Positions 1 through 10,187 of a stretch of DNA of 64,000 bases are shown here, piece by piece. The DNA lies in assembly GCA_013239625.1 (NCBI GenBank), contig MU053934.1, positions 2,312,399-2,376,398 of the forward strand, written 5' to 3'. This DNA is from Lama guanicoe. Taxonomy: Eukaryota. The position numbers were made by a program, and so were the translations under genes. The stretch's first letter is position 1; every line of letters starts with the position of its first letter. A model generated the notes under the pieces. That model was not told the origin of the DNA and did no database searches. It worked only from the letters and a program-made list of their open reading frames with translations.

Positions 1-1151
1 TACTAACTTTGGGTTTTATTTGTTCTTCTTTCTCTTGCTGCTTTTGGTGTAAGATTAGGTTGTTTATTTGAGGTTGTTCTTGCTTCCTTGTATCACTATA
101 GACTTCCTTTTTAAAAATGCTTTTGCTGCATCCCAGAGGTTTTAGATCATTGTGTTTTCATTTTCATTTGTCTCAAAGTGCGTTTTGATCTCCTCTTCAA
201 TTTCTTCAGTGATCCATTGGTTATTTAGTAGCATATTGTTTAGCCTCCATGTGTTTGAAGTTTTTGCAGTTTTTTTCTTGTAGTTGAATTCTAAACTCCT
301 AGCATTTTGATTGGAAAAGATACTTGGTACAATTTCAATTTTCTTGAATTGACTGAGGCTTGCTGTGTGGGACAGCGTGTGATCTATTCCGGAGAATGTT
401 CCTCATGCACTTGAGAGGAATGTGTATTCTATTGGTTTTGGATGGAATACTCAATAGTTATCAATTAAGTCCATCTGGTCTAATGTATCGTTTAGGGCCT
501 GTATTTCCTTATTGATTTTCTGTCTAGATAATCTGTCCATTGATGTAAATGGGGTGTTAAGTTTCCCCCACTATTGTATTATTGTTCATTTCTCCTTTAT
601 ATCTGTTAACAGTTGCCTTATATACTGAGGTGCTCCTATGTTGGGTGCATATGTATTTACAATTGTTACATCTTCTTCTTGGATTGATCTCTTGAGCATT
701 ATGTAGTGCCCTTCTTTGCCTCTTGTAACAGTCTTTATTTTAAAATCTATTTTGTCTGATAAAAGTATTGCTACTCCAGCTTTCTTTTCATTTCCATTTG
801 TATGGAATATCTTTTTCCATCCCCTCACTTTCAGTCTGCATGTGTCTCTAGCTCAGAAGTGGGTCTCTTATAGACAGCATATCTATGGGTCTTGTATTTG
901 TATCCATTCAGCCAATCTGTCCTTTGGGTGAAGTATTTAATCCATTTAAATTTAAGGTAATTATCAATGCATATGTTCTTACTCCCTTTTGTTAATTGTT
1001 TGGGGTGGTTTTGGTAGGTCTTTTTTATTTTCTCTTTCTTCTTTTTTTTCTCTTTTCTTCTGGTTTGGTGACTGTAGAGTTACACTGGTTTGAGGTTCCC
1101 ATGAGGTTTTGGTATAGAAGTCTCTCTCTCTCTCTCTGTATGTGTGTATGA

Positions 1152-1182
<31 letters not shown>

Positions 1183-3299
1183 CACATTGTATTGTTTCAA
1201 GTTGTTGATCTCATAATTTCAAATGCATTTTAGATATCTGCATCTGTACCCTCCTTCTCTCATGATTACTTTTCCTGTTTCTACTTACAGCCTTTTCTTT
1301 TTTTACCTAGAGAAGTTCCTTTAACATTAACGTTTGTTACAAAGCTGGTGTGGTGGTGCTGAATTCTTTAAGCTTATGTGTATCTGTGAGCTTTGGATTT
1401 CTCCAAATCTGAATGAGAGCCTTGCTGGATAGAGTATTCTTGGTTGTAAGTTTTTCCCTTTCATCACTTGAAATATATCTTGCCATTCCCTTCTGGTCTG
1501 TAAAGTACCTGCTAAGAAATGAGGTGATAACCTTACAGGAGTTCCCTTGTTGTTGTTAGTTGCTTTTCTTTTGCTGGTTTTAATTTTTTCTCCTTATCCT
1601 TAATTTTTGTCAATTTGACTACTATGTGCCTTGGTGTGTTCCTCTTTGGGTTGATCCTGTGCAGAACTCTCTGCACTTCCTGGACTTGAGTGACTGTTTC
1701 CTTCCCCAAATTGGGAAGTTTTCAGTTATTATCTCTCCAGAATTTTTCTCAGGCCCTTTCTCTCTCTCTCTTCTCTTTCTGGGACCCCTATTATGCAAAT
1801 ATTAGTGCACTTCATGTTGTCCCAGAGGTCTCTTAAACTATCCTCATTTCTTTTCATTCTTTCTTCTTTTTTCTTTTCTGTGGTAGTGATTTCCACTAAA
1901 CTGTCTTATAGCTCACTGATCTGTTCGTCGGCCTCATTTAGTCCATTCTTGGTTCCTTCAAGTGTATTATTCATTTCAGTAATTGTATTATTCATTTCAG
2001 TATTTGTATTCTTGAACTCTGCTTGGGTATCTTTGTATTTTCTAACTCTTTACTAAAAACTTCCCCCTGTGCATCTGTACTCCTGAGTTCTCTGAACATC
2101 TTCACCATCATTACTCTAAACTCCTTCTCGGATAGATTGCCTGTCTCTTCATCACTTATTTCTTCTTCTGGGATTTTACCTTGTGACATGACCTGGAAGG
2201 TATTCCTCTGCTGCCTCATATTGTCTGAATTTCTATTTGTATTTTTAGGTAGACTAGTTATGTTTATCAACCTCGTAGAAGTGGCCCTCTGTGGGAGACA
2301 TTCTATGCATCCCAGCAGTACACTGCTCTCTTGTCACCCAAGAGCCAGGGTCCCAGCCGATCCCAGGGTTGAGTCTGGCCTACATTTGCTGATTCCTTCC
2401 ACAGGCTTTGGGATTGTTGTTTTCTTACTTCTGGTATTGCCCCCTGGTGGATGAGGCTGGACTAGAGGCTTATGCAGGTTTCCTGACAAGAGTCAGTGCC
2501 TGTCCACTGCTGGGTGGAGCTTGGTTCTGGCCCTCTGGTGGGTACGGTTGTGTCTAGGGGCATGTCTAGGGGTGGTTGTGGGCTCAGGAAGTCTCCTGAT
2601 GGGTGGGGCTGCATTCCCACCCAGAATATTGTTTGGCCTGAGGATCCCAGCACTTAAGCCTAAAGGCTGTTGGGTGGGACTAGGTCTTGGAGCTAATGAC
2701 CCAAGCAAGATGCAGCCTCCAGGAAAGCTCATGTAGATGAAGACTCCCCAAATGTCCATCCACCAGAGTGAGAGATGCAGCCACTCCCTACTCCACAGGA
2801 GCCTTTCTAGAACCGGTAGATAGGTCTGGCCCAGGTTCCTATGAAATACTGCCTCTGCTTTTGGACCTGATGTGCACAAGGTTCTGTGTGCACTTCCCAA
2901 GAGAGTGAAGTCTCTGTTCCCCTAGTCCTGTGGGACTGCTGGAATTAAGCCCCACTGCCTTCAAAACCAGATATTCTGCAGTCTTTTCCTCCTACTGCCA
3001 GAACCCCAGGCTGGGGAGCCTGACCTGGGGCTCAGAACCCTCACTCCTGTGAGAGGGCCTCTGCGACTTAATTATTCTTCAGCTTGTGGGTCACCCACCC
3101 CAGGGGTATGGGGCCCTATTATATTGCAAGCTCACCCCGACTACTGTCTGGCTGTACTTCCCTCTATGTTTCCAGCTGAAGATTTTTTTTGGTAGGTTCC
3201 AGTCATTTTCTCGATGGTTGTGTAGTAGTCAGATCTGGTTTTGTTGTAGTTGCGAGGAGGGGCGAGCTCGTGGTCCTACTACTCCGCCATCTTGACCGG
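1..3299 (-). mobile_element. Degenerate LINE-1 with intact 5' end (5' UTR, ORF1 remnant, ORF2 endonuclease start); continues off the left edge of the window
   Basis: Minus-strand fragments translate to L1 ORF2 endonuclease (GWKKIFHTNGNEKKAGVAILLSDKIDFK...VNTYAPNIGAPQYI, 586-828) and ORF1 (LSEKEFRVMMVKMFREL, 1992-2270). The 5' end reads CCGGTCAAGATGGCGGAGTAG with a YY1-type AAGATGGCG motif at 3285-3293. Many stops and frameshifts. Confidence 0.93.
1121..1182. repeat. Compound (CT)n/(GT)n microsatellite in the L1 ORF1-ORF2 spacer
   Basis: tctctctctctctctctgtatgtgtgtatgagtgtgtgtgtgtg... seen directly. Confidence 0.95.
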
Positions 3300-3339
3300 A
3301 AATTAGATCTGATGTTATTTTTAAGAAACACTACTGAGA

Positions 3340-3600
3340 ACTAACTGGTAAAATGAAAGGATGGACACTCTCATGTATTATGAGTATGAATGTAAATTGG
3401 TACCATTTTTCTGGATAACACTGTGGCTCTAAGTATGAAAATATTTTAGGTTTTGATACCCTCTAACCAGTCAGTCTATTTCTAGAAATAGTTTAAGGAA
3501 ATAATTTCAAATGCAGGCAAAGTTTTATACAAGAAGGGTGTTCTTTGCACTGTCACTTACATAAAGAATTAGAAGCAATCTGAAGTCTGAAAGTTGGGAA
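3340..3600 (+). mobile_element. Ancient L1M-type 3' fragment
   Basis: AT-rich; gaatgtaaattggtaccatttttctgga...tttctagaaat resembles old L1ME/L1M 3' consensus (from recall); boundaries approximate. Confidence 0.5.
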
Positions 3601-4370
3601 GGGCAGCAGAGAGGACCAGGCACAATCAGGGGCACTTGGCAGCCCATGGCAGGGCTGCAGGGATCAGGCAGGGGACGGGCGGGATTCCAGGGCCTGGTGG
3701 GATAAAGGATTTTGCAGAAGCAAGGAGGGCATGGGCTCTGGGAAGCTGAAGCACCAGGAATTTATCAAGGCAGAGATGTGAGCAGAGTGTGCAAGACATC
3801 ATTTTGGAATAAGAGTAATTTACCAAGAACTATTTTTATATATTGAAAGGAGTAGAGCACAGTTATCATACACATGAGATCTGAATCAGAGAGACTTGAG
3901 TTCAAGTCCAGGCTGCAGCACCAGTGGGAAAACTTGGGCTAAGCTGAGTTTAGGTGAGTTTCCAGAGCCCTGCGCATCATAGACCCTGGAGCAATATTAA
4001 CTATTACCAAGTAGTTAACACAGCTGCTCCCACCCTCACATAATTTGCAGAGTATTCCCTTCCTCTTTTCTTCTGTGTTTGGTTTTATTGCTTCTAGAAC
4101 TTCCCACATGGCCATCTGTTATCTGAATATCTTCTCCTGTGCCCCAACAGGACAACAGGACTCTGACTTGGCTGGGAGGGAGCTGCATGATGTGAGGAAC
4201 TTTCCCTGAATAGCCACCAGCAGAGCCCAGGAGACAAAGTCACTGGGTTGAGTCCACTGTGGCGCTGGTGGCCATCCCAGGGGAAACGGCCAGAGACCTG
4301 TCCCGTCACTGCTCCCTGTTGCCAGAACTCACTCATGTTCTAGTCCACAATCTATTTTCTCTTCCCTAAG

Positions 4371-4478
4371 GGTGAAGCCACACTTTCTTCCAGCCTGAAT
4401 CAAATCGCAAGCTGAAGGGAGGACGCTGACATCCTGCTGCTGGCACCATGACATCAGAAACCAGCAACGACTGCCCAG
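4371..4478 (+). CDS. APOL: APOL first coding exon (5' UTR part 4371-4447; ATG at 4448)
   Basis: Acceptor ttttctcttccctaag|; gctgctggcaccATG context resembles the human APOL AAGTM junction; donor CCAG|gtactc; in-frame TGAs upstream at 4373 and 4427. Confidence 0.75.
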
Positions 4479-7400
4479 GTACTCAGCAGCCCCTTCTCTG
4501 GCTGGTTCCTACGTGTGACCTAGAGTTGAGGGTGTTGTGACCAGGCTGAGTTAAGCTACAGAGGAATCAAAACCCAAGAAGGGGTTGCCAAGCGTCCTCG
4601 AGCCCCCAGAAGGGGCCTGCAGCAGAGGGAGATGGGGAGAGAGACAAAAAGATCTGGTGTTTATTTCTCTATTCTCTTCTAATAAGGATATCAATGTTTC
4701 GATAGGAGCCCCCACTGATGACCTCATTTAACCTTAATCACCTCCTTAAAGACCCTATCTTTAAATACTGTCACTTGGAGGCCAGGGCTTCAACATGTGA
4801 ATTTAGTGAGGGGACCCAGTTCCCCCTATAATACCAGGTTACTCCATCAACAGTATCCCAGGTGACCTCTAAACAGGAAGATGGATTTGAACAACCTCAT
4901 ACGCAATTATCATTTATCTTCTGCTACAATTTCTTCTAATCTTTTCTTTTTCCATCTAGAGAACAAAAGCTTCTTTGATGATGTCACTGACTATTTCTGG
5001 GACGAAGTGAGCAGGGATGAACTGCAACTCCTGCTGACTAAAGTTGAAGCCTGGGAGAGTTTTATGTCTGCGGCTGGTTTGTCCAGGTGACCTGCGTGGA
5101 TGCCCCAGAAATGTCATCCATATCACCCACCCTCAGCTAGTTTCCTCCTGGCAGGCACACCTCCTCCAGGCAGTATCCTATGGTTGGGGTCAAGGATGTT
5201 CCTTCTCAAGAATCCATGAGGAATTTTTCCTCCATGTCATTTGCTGGTGGTGAACGGCCTCGGGTTGAGAAGAGATGAAACTGCAAGGAAGGGGCAGGTT
5301 ATTGACCTCGGACAAGTTACTTAACTACTCTCTGCCTTGGTTTCTTCATTGTTCGACTTTATTGTGAGGAAACTGAGATAATACACGCCAAGTGCTTAGC
5401 ATAATGGCTGACACGTAGTAGGTGCTCAGTCCGTGTTAACTTTGAAAAAGCTTTTTGGGAAGAGACCAAGGCCAAGGGTCTTGTTCCTGGAGATGAGAAC
5501 CAAGCAGGACTTCCTTTGGGATGAGTCAGAAAATTGCTGACAGCGTCAGCTTGTGTCCTGGGGGTTCATTCTGACTGGAGCCCTGGTATCCCCATCTTAG
5601 CAACTGTGCAGACACTGCAGGACCCGGGACCCCTAGGGTGGAGAGGCCAGGGTGGAATTGGATGGAGCTGGGTTGGGTCCTGGCTCTATCCTGGCCCAGC
5701 ACTGGGGCTCTGGGCTTATGTCCTGGATCTCAGATTTGTCATCGGTACAGAAGGAGAAGCAGTTCAATCTGACGGACTGTGGCAATGGCCTTAGAGCGGG
5801 GTCCCAGGTGGGGAACCAAGTGCAGGCATCGCGTGCAAAGGTCGAGGGAGCCTGGACCAGAGACAGAGCCAGGGCTCAGGTGCAGCAGAGGGTCCAGGTA
5901 GGGGGACTAGTAGGAAGGTGTGGGCCAGAACCAGAGTCGGGGGAGTGACCCCAAGGACACAAAGCTGAAGGGGCTGTGACCCTAACAGAGGTGCCGTGAG
6001 TGGGAGAGGGGGCACTTCTTCCCTCCCTGACTTGATCCCCTGGTGCTGGGCATAGAGGATCCCGGGTGACTGTGTCCTCCACCCCCTGCCTGGGGGCCGG
6101 GGGTCTCCACTGCCATGTGGGGCCCTCTTCTGTTCCACATAGAGTAGTCAGTCTGAATGCAGTGTGGCTTAGTGACGACTCCACTGTCACAATGAGTGGC
6201 TGCCAATTTTGTGTAATTTGTGTGGATTCTGAGGAGACTGTCAAGTCCCCACCCAACAGGAAAATACTTCCTCTACCAGTTTGTCCAAATGCATGTGGGA
6301 CTTCTCAGGCTTAGCAATTCATACAGATGTTTCCTAAGGTCCCTTGAGTCTTTTGGAGGGTCCATCGACCATCGAGTTGCACATGGCCTTGGTGTGCGGG
6401 TACGTGAAGCTGTCACAGCTAAGGTGTGAGTTAGGCTGCTGGCACCTGAGAGCTCAGGGTGCTGGTTGCAGATCGGGAGTCAGTGAGGTGGGCTGGAGAG
6501 TCCAGGGGGAACCAGGCTTAACAGCCTCTCTCCTGCTTCCCAGTCAGTTGGGGAAGTGGATGGACCCAGGGACCTTCAGCTGGGAAGATAGAGGGCATGA
6601 GGCTTGGAAGAGAGCATAGGTCAGGGAAGTGATCACTAACATCCCTTCTAGCTGTCAGCTTAGTGTTTCTTAAACAAATTCTAACTACTCAGTGTTAGCA
6701 AAACTGCAAAGTCTGAGTGCACAGTTCCCAGACTACTTACACCTGACAGCGATGACGAACTTGGAGGATGCCCCAAACCACCCTCCAGTTAGGGAATTCC
6801 TGACAAGGATGCACAGGACTCCCTGACAGCTGGCACACTCTCAGGTCCGGTTCACTACAGGGAAGGATGCAGGTTCCCAGCAGCCACAGGGCAGAGTCTG
6901 GGAGGGTTTCAAACATGAAGCTTCTCTTGTCCTCAGGACGCATTACTGTCCTGTGTGCAGTGTGTCAGGGCACACGGGTCAGTGCCAACCAGGGGTGCCC
7001 AGTGTGTTTCACAAAATGCTCCTGACAGTCCTTAACGTGATAAAGCAGGGTACACTCAGGACTGTGGTGGCAGGTGTGGAGCCCATTGCTGTAGAGCAGA
7101 CACACTGGGCTCAAGCCTGAACATAGCACAGACACTGGGGGTTTACAGCCAAGGAGCAGAGTGAGGGGTGGTGGAGGAAAAATTACTGAGAGGAGACACC
7201 AAGGAGAGGGGATTCCTGTTTATCTTTCCTAACAGGATTCTCGCTAAAGGCAGGCCAAGGACAGATGCATCAAAGGTGGGAGATGAGGAACTTGATCAGT
7301 TATCAAAGGCAATCAGACCTCAGAGTGGGGGAGTCTCACTACGTGGATTTAGCAGGGTTCCTGCTGAGACTGGGTGATGGGGGCCATCGGGGACAGGACA

Positions 7401-9011
7401 GGGAAGGGGAAGGTGGAGGCCTGGTTGAGAAGAGGACTCAGAAGGGCCTGACTAATGTTTGGTGAAGGAGAGAGTCTCAGGCACCCCGAGCCTCAGTGCA
7501 CAGGGTCCTCCTGGGGCTCAATCACATGCTGCCCGCCCGGCTGACCTGAGTCTCCAGCCCCTCCCAGAGATCAGACCAGCGCCCTCGTGTCCAGTTCCCC
7601 CAGAGGTCAGGACTGACACCACATGACCAGAGGCCCATCATGCATCACCCTGGCCGACTGTCCAGTGGCAGAAGCGCAGGGAAACCAGGACATTCCTATC
7701 AGCCAGAACATTCTAGGGGTTTAGGAATCACGTCCTTAGCCAAGGGCAAAAGCAGGTTGATTCCTCACTGCACCCTAAGCATCTCTGAATGAGGGCTTCT
7801 CTGCTCCAGTCCCACTTCTCTGTGTTTATCTGCGGAGTTCCCGCTCTACAAGCACCTTGGAGGTGACGGTGCTGACCTGCCTCTGAGGTGTCTTTATCAA
7901 AAACCTCTGTCAAGTTAAGAGTATCTTAAGGTGACTTGTGCTTATTTATTCCTTGATTAAGTGTTGTGGAGCCTCAACAAAGTACAAATCATGTGTTTAA
8001 ATATAGAGAAAAAAATTTACATTTGTCAAATTCTTTTGTCTTTGATTTATAGTAAAATCCCTGTGATTTATGCAGGATAGGTCTTGTTCAGACTGTTTCA
8101 CAGAGAACCCAAAACTGCCTTCTTATTCCCTTGACCTTCACTGTTACAGGGAAGAGGCAGACGCACTGCGTGAATACCTGAACAAGCTGAATGGAGAATT
8201 GGTCCTGAATGACAAAGACATGCTGCAAAAAGAGCAGCTGGATAGGGAGAGGTTTTTGAGGGAGTTCCCTCGGGTCAAACTGGAGCTTGAGGAATGCATA
8301 GGAAAGCTCCACGCACTTGCAGACAAGGTGGACAAGGTTCACAGGGACTGCAGCATCTCCCAGGTGGCGGCCACCTCTGCTGGTGCTGCGTCTGGCATCC
8401 TGACCATCCTTGGCCTGGCTCTGGCCCCTGTGACAGCGGGGGTCAGTCTGGCACTTTCGGCAACTGGGTTAGGGCTGGGGGCCGCAGCTGCTGCGACCAG
8501 TGTGACCACCAGTGTCGTGGAACGTGTTATCACTTCATCAGCTGAAACAGAAGCCAATGACCTGACGTCAACTGTCATTGACAAAGAGGAGGTGGCTGCA
8601 GGGGCTCCTGGTAAACACGCATCCAAACTTGTTCCCTCAACACAGAATATCTTCCAAGCCCTGCAAGGCATTGGGAAGAACGTCCGTGCCATCAAAGTGG
8701 CCAAAGCCAACCCTCGCTTAGCCGCCCACGCCAGGGACTTTATGACCACTGGGGGAGTCTCCCTCCGAAGAAGCAAGCAGGTGAGGAAAGCCTTTGGAGG
8801 CACGGCTCTGGCAATGACCAGAGAGGCCCGCATCATGGGTATGGCCACCGCAGGTGTCACCCTTCTGCTGGATGTGGCCTCCCTGGTGAAAGAGTCACTG
8901 CACCTGCATGCGGGGGCAAAGACGGAGTCGGCTGAGCGGCTAAGGCAGCGGGCCCGGGAGCTGGAGAGCAGGTTGGAGGAGCTCACCCGGACCTACGAGA
9001 GTCTGCAGTAG
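4448..9011 (+). CDS. APOL: Apolipoprotein L family protein (APOL2/APOL3-like, intracellular type), join(4448..4478,4960..5086,8150..9011), 339 aa
   Basis: Exons of 31+127+862 = 1020 nt join in frame with GT-AG sites. Protein MTSETSNDCPENKSFFDDVTDYFWDEVSRDELQLLLTKVEAWESFMSAAGLSREEADALREYL...FLREFPRVKLELEECIGKLHALADKVDKVH...ILTILGLALAPVTAGVSL...AFGGTALAMTREAR...HLHAGAKTESAERLRQRARELESRLEELTRTYESLQ. Shows APOL hallmarks: BH3-like LxxLADxV, hydrophobic hairpin, C-terminal leucine zipper. Adjacent to MYH9 as in other mammals. The exact paralogue cannot be assigned. Confidence 0.93.
4680..4832. mobile_element. ERVL-MaLR (MLT1/MST-like) LTR fragment in APOL intron
   Basis: atgacctcatttaaccttaatcacctccttaaagaccctatct...gggcttcaacatgtgaattt is a characteristic MaLR LTR segment (from recall). 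Confidence 0.7.
4960..5086 (+). CDS. APOL: APOL internal coding exon (127 nt)
   Basis: Long polypyrimidine tract + tctag|; encodes ENKSFFDDVTDYFWDEVSRDELQLLLTKVEAWESFMSAAGLS; donor CCAG|gtgacc. Confidence 0.9.
5300..5432. mobile_element. MIR SINE fragment
   Basis: gacctcggacaagttacttaactactctctgccttggtttcttcat...gtgcttagcataatggctgacacgtagtaggtgctca matches the MIR core. Confidence 0.7.
6690..7780. mobile_element. Old LTR (MER21-like) interrupted by a nested LTR (MER31-like, ~7010-7480, minus strand)
   Basis: ccccaaaccaccctccagtt...tacagggaaggatgcag...agggcagagtctgggagggtttcaaacatgaagcttc resembles MER21. The reverse complement of 7440-7480 (tgagactctctccttcaccaaacattagtcaggccc) resembles a MER31-type LTR start. 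Family names from recall; boundaries approximate. Confidence 0.55.
8150..9011 (+). CDS. APOL: APOL large terminal coding exon
   Basis: Acceptor ccttcactgttacag|G GAA GAG; open to TAG at 9009-9011 (ORF track 8070..9011). Confidence 0.95.
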
Positions 9012-9110
9012 GGCCCAACCCAGAGCAGTGCAGGGAGCAGGGGCCCGCGCGGGGCCAAGGCATGGAGGTACCTTGTTAGAGGGAAGAAGAGGGTGAGATT
9101 AAAAACAGAA

Positions 9111-9368
9111 GTCAGGGTTGCCAAGGAGGCAGGTGGTGGGAAGGGACTGGGATTTCAAAATGTAGAATAGATAAACAAGATTGTACTGGATAGCACAGGG
9201 AAATGTATACAAGATCCGGTAGTAGCTCACAGTGAAAAAAAAATGTGACAGTGAATATATGTATGTTCATGTATAACTGAAAAATTGTGCTCTACACTGA
9301 AACTTGACACAACATTGTAAAATGACTATTACTCAGTAAAAAACGTTAAAAAATAAAAATAAATAAAT
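9111..9368 (+). mobile_element. Short 5'-truncated LINE-1 3' end with A-rich tail in the APOL 3' UTR
   Basis: gggatttcaaaatgtagaatagataaacaagattgtactggatagcacagggaaa...ttgacacaacattgtaaaatgactattactcagtaaaaaacgttaaaaaataaaaataaataaat is a typical laurasiatherian L1 3' UTR ending in a poly(A) remnant. Confidence 0.85.
9352..9367 (+). terminator. Clustered AATAAA polyadenylation signals (candidate APOL poly(A) site)
   Basis: AATAAA at 9352, 9358 and 9362 within the L1 tail; these are the first canonical hexamers I see after the APOL stop (an ATTAAA variant lies at 9098). Confidence 0.5.
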
Positions 9369-10187
9369 GGGGAGAAAAAGACAAAAGTGGGGAAGCTGGG
9401 CTGGTCTGACTCTTGCTTTGGTCTGTCTGGACTATGCTGTCTTCCCACAGGGTGAGAAATCCTTAAACCCTTGAGTATTCAAAAAATGTAATTTTCTTCC
9501 CTAAATTTTCCCTCGTGGCTCAAGATGAGTCACAAAATTTCAAATACCACTAGAATTTGTTGCCCATATTCCACTTGGCCTGTGAGTCCCTAGTGGCCAC
9601 TGGGAGCTGGGTCTGGCTGGGCCCTGGGGACCCACTGCAACTGGGTCCAATGGTCAACTCACTCCTGAAACTGCTTCCACCTCCAGGGAAAGCAGCCTAA
9701 AGCCCTCCATCACAGAGGGCTGTGGGCCCCCTTCTCCCGAGTCCACCTCCCCCAACTTCCACGAGCTGGAGAGAGAATTTGGCATCATGCAGCCCTCCTT
9801 GAGTTCATCCCGCCCAGGTTTTTGCTGTGATTTGGATTCCTACTTATAGAAAGAGTCCAGAGCTGACAGTGTTACTGGGAGGATGATGAGACAAGGTAGG
9901 GACTGACCTTGGCATACAGCAGGTGCTCAAAAAACAAGTCTCTATTTTCTAGCCACTCATGGTCTCTGCATTATCTCCTTTCATCTTTCAAAGCCCCATC
10001 TTGTTATCTGCTGCTCTGATTATTCCTGTGCACAGATGAGAAAGCAGACTTAGAAAATTCAGTTATTTTCCTAAGGTCACGAATTTGCCCAAGCCTCCCC
10101 TTCTTTGCCCACTGATCCTCACCACCACAATTCAGCTCTTAAATCATAATCTTTATATGCCACTTAATTATTATTATTTTTTAAAGT

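Noticed and set aside
8070..8149. ATG at 8070 as the start of a single-exon 313-aa APOL
   Set aside because: The first 27 codons lie in the intron upstream of a clear acceptor at 8149/8150. The upstream exons supply the homologous APOL N-terminus in frame.
8339..8986. 215-aa minus-strand ORF overlapping APOL
   Set aside because: Antisense shadow of the APOL exon; no independent evidence.
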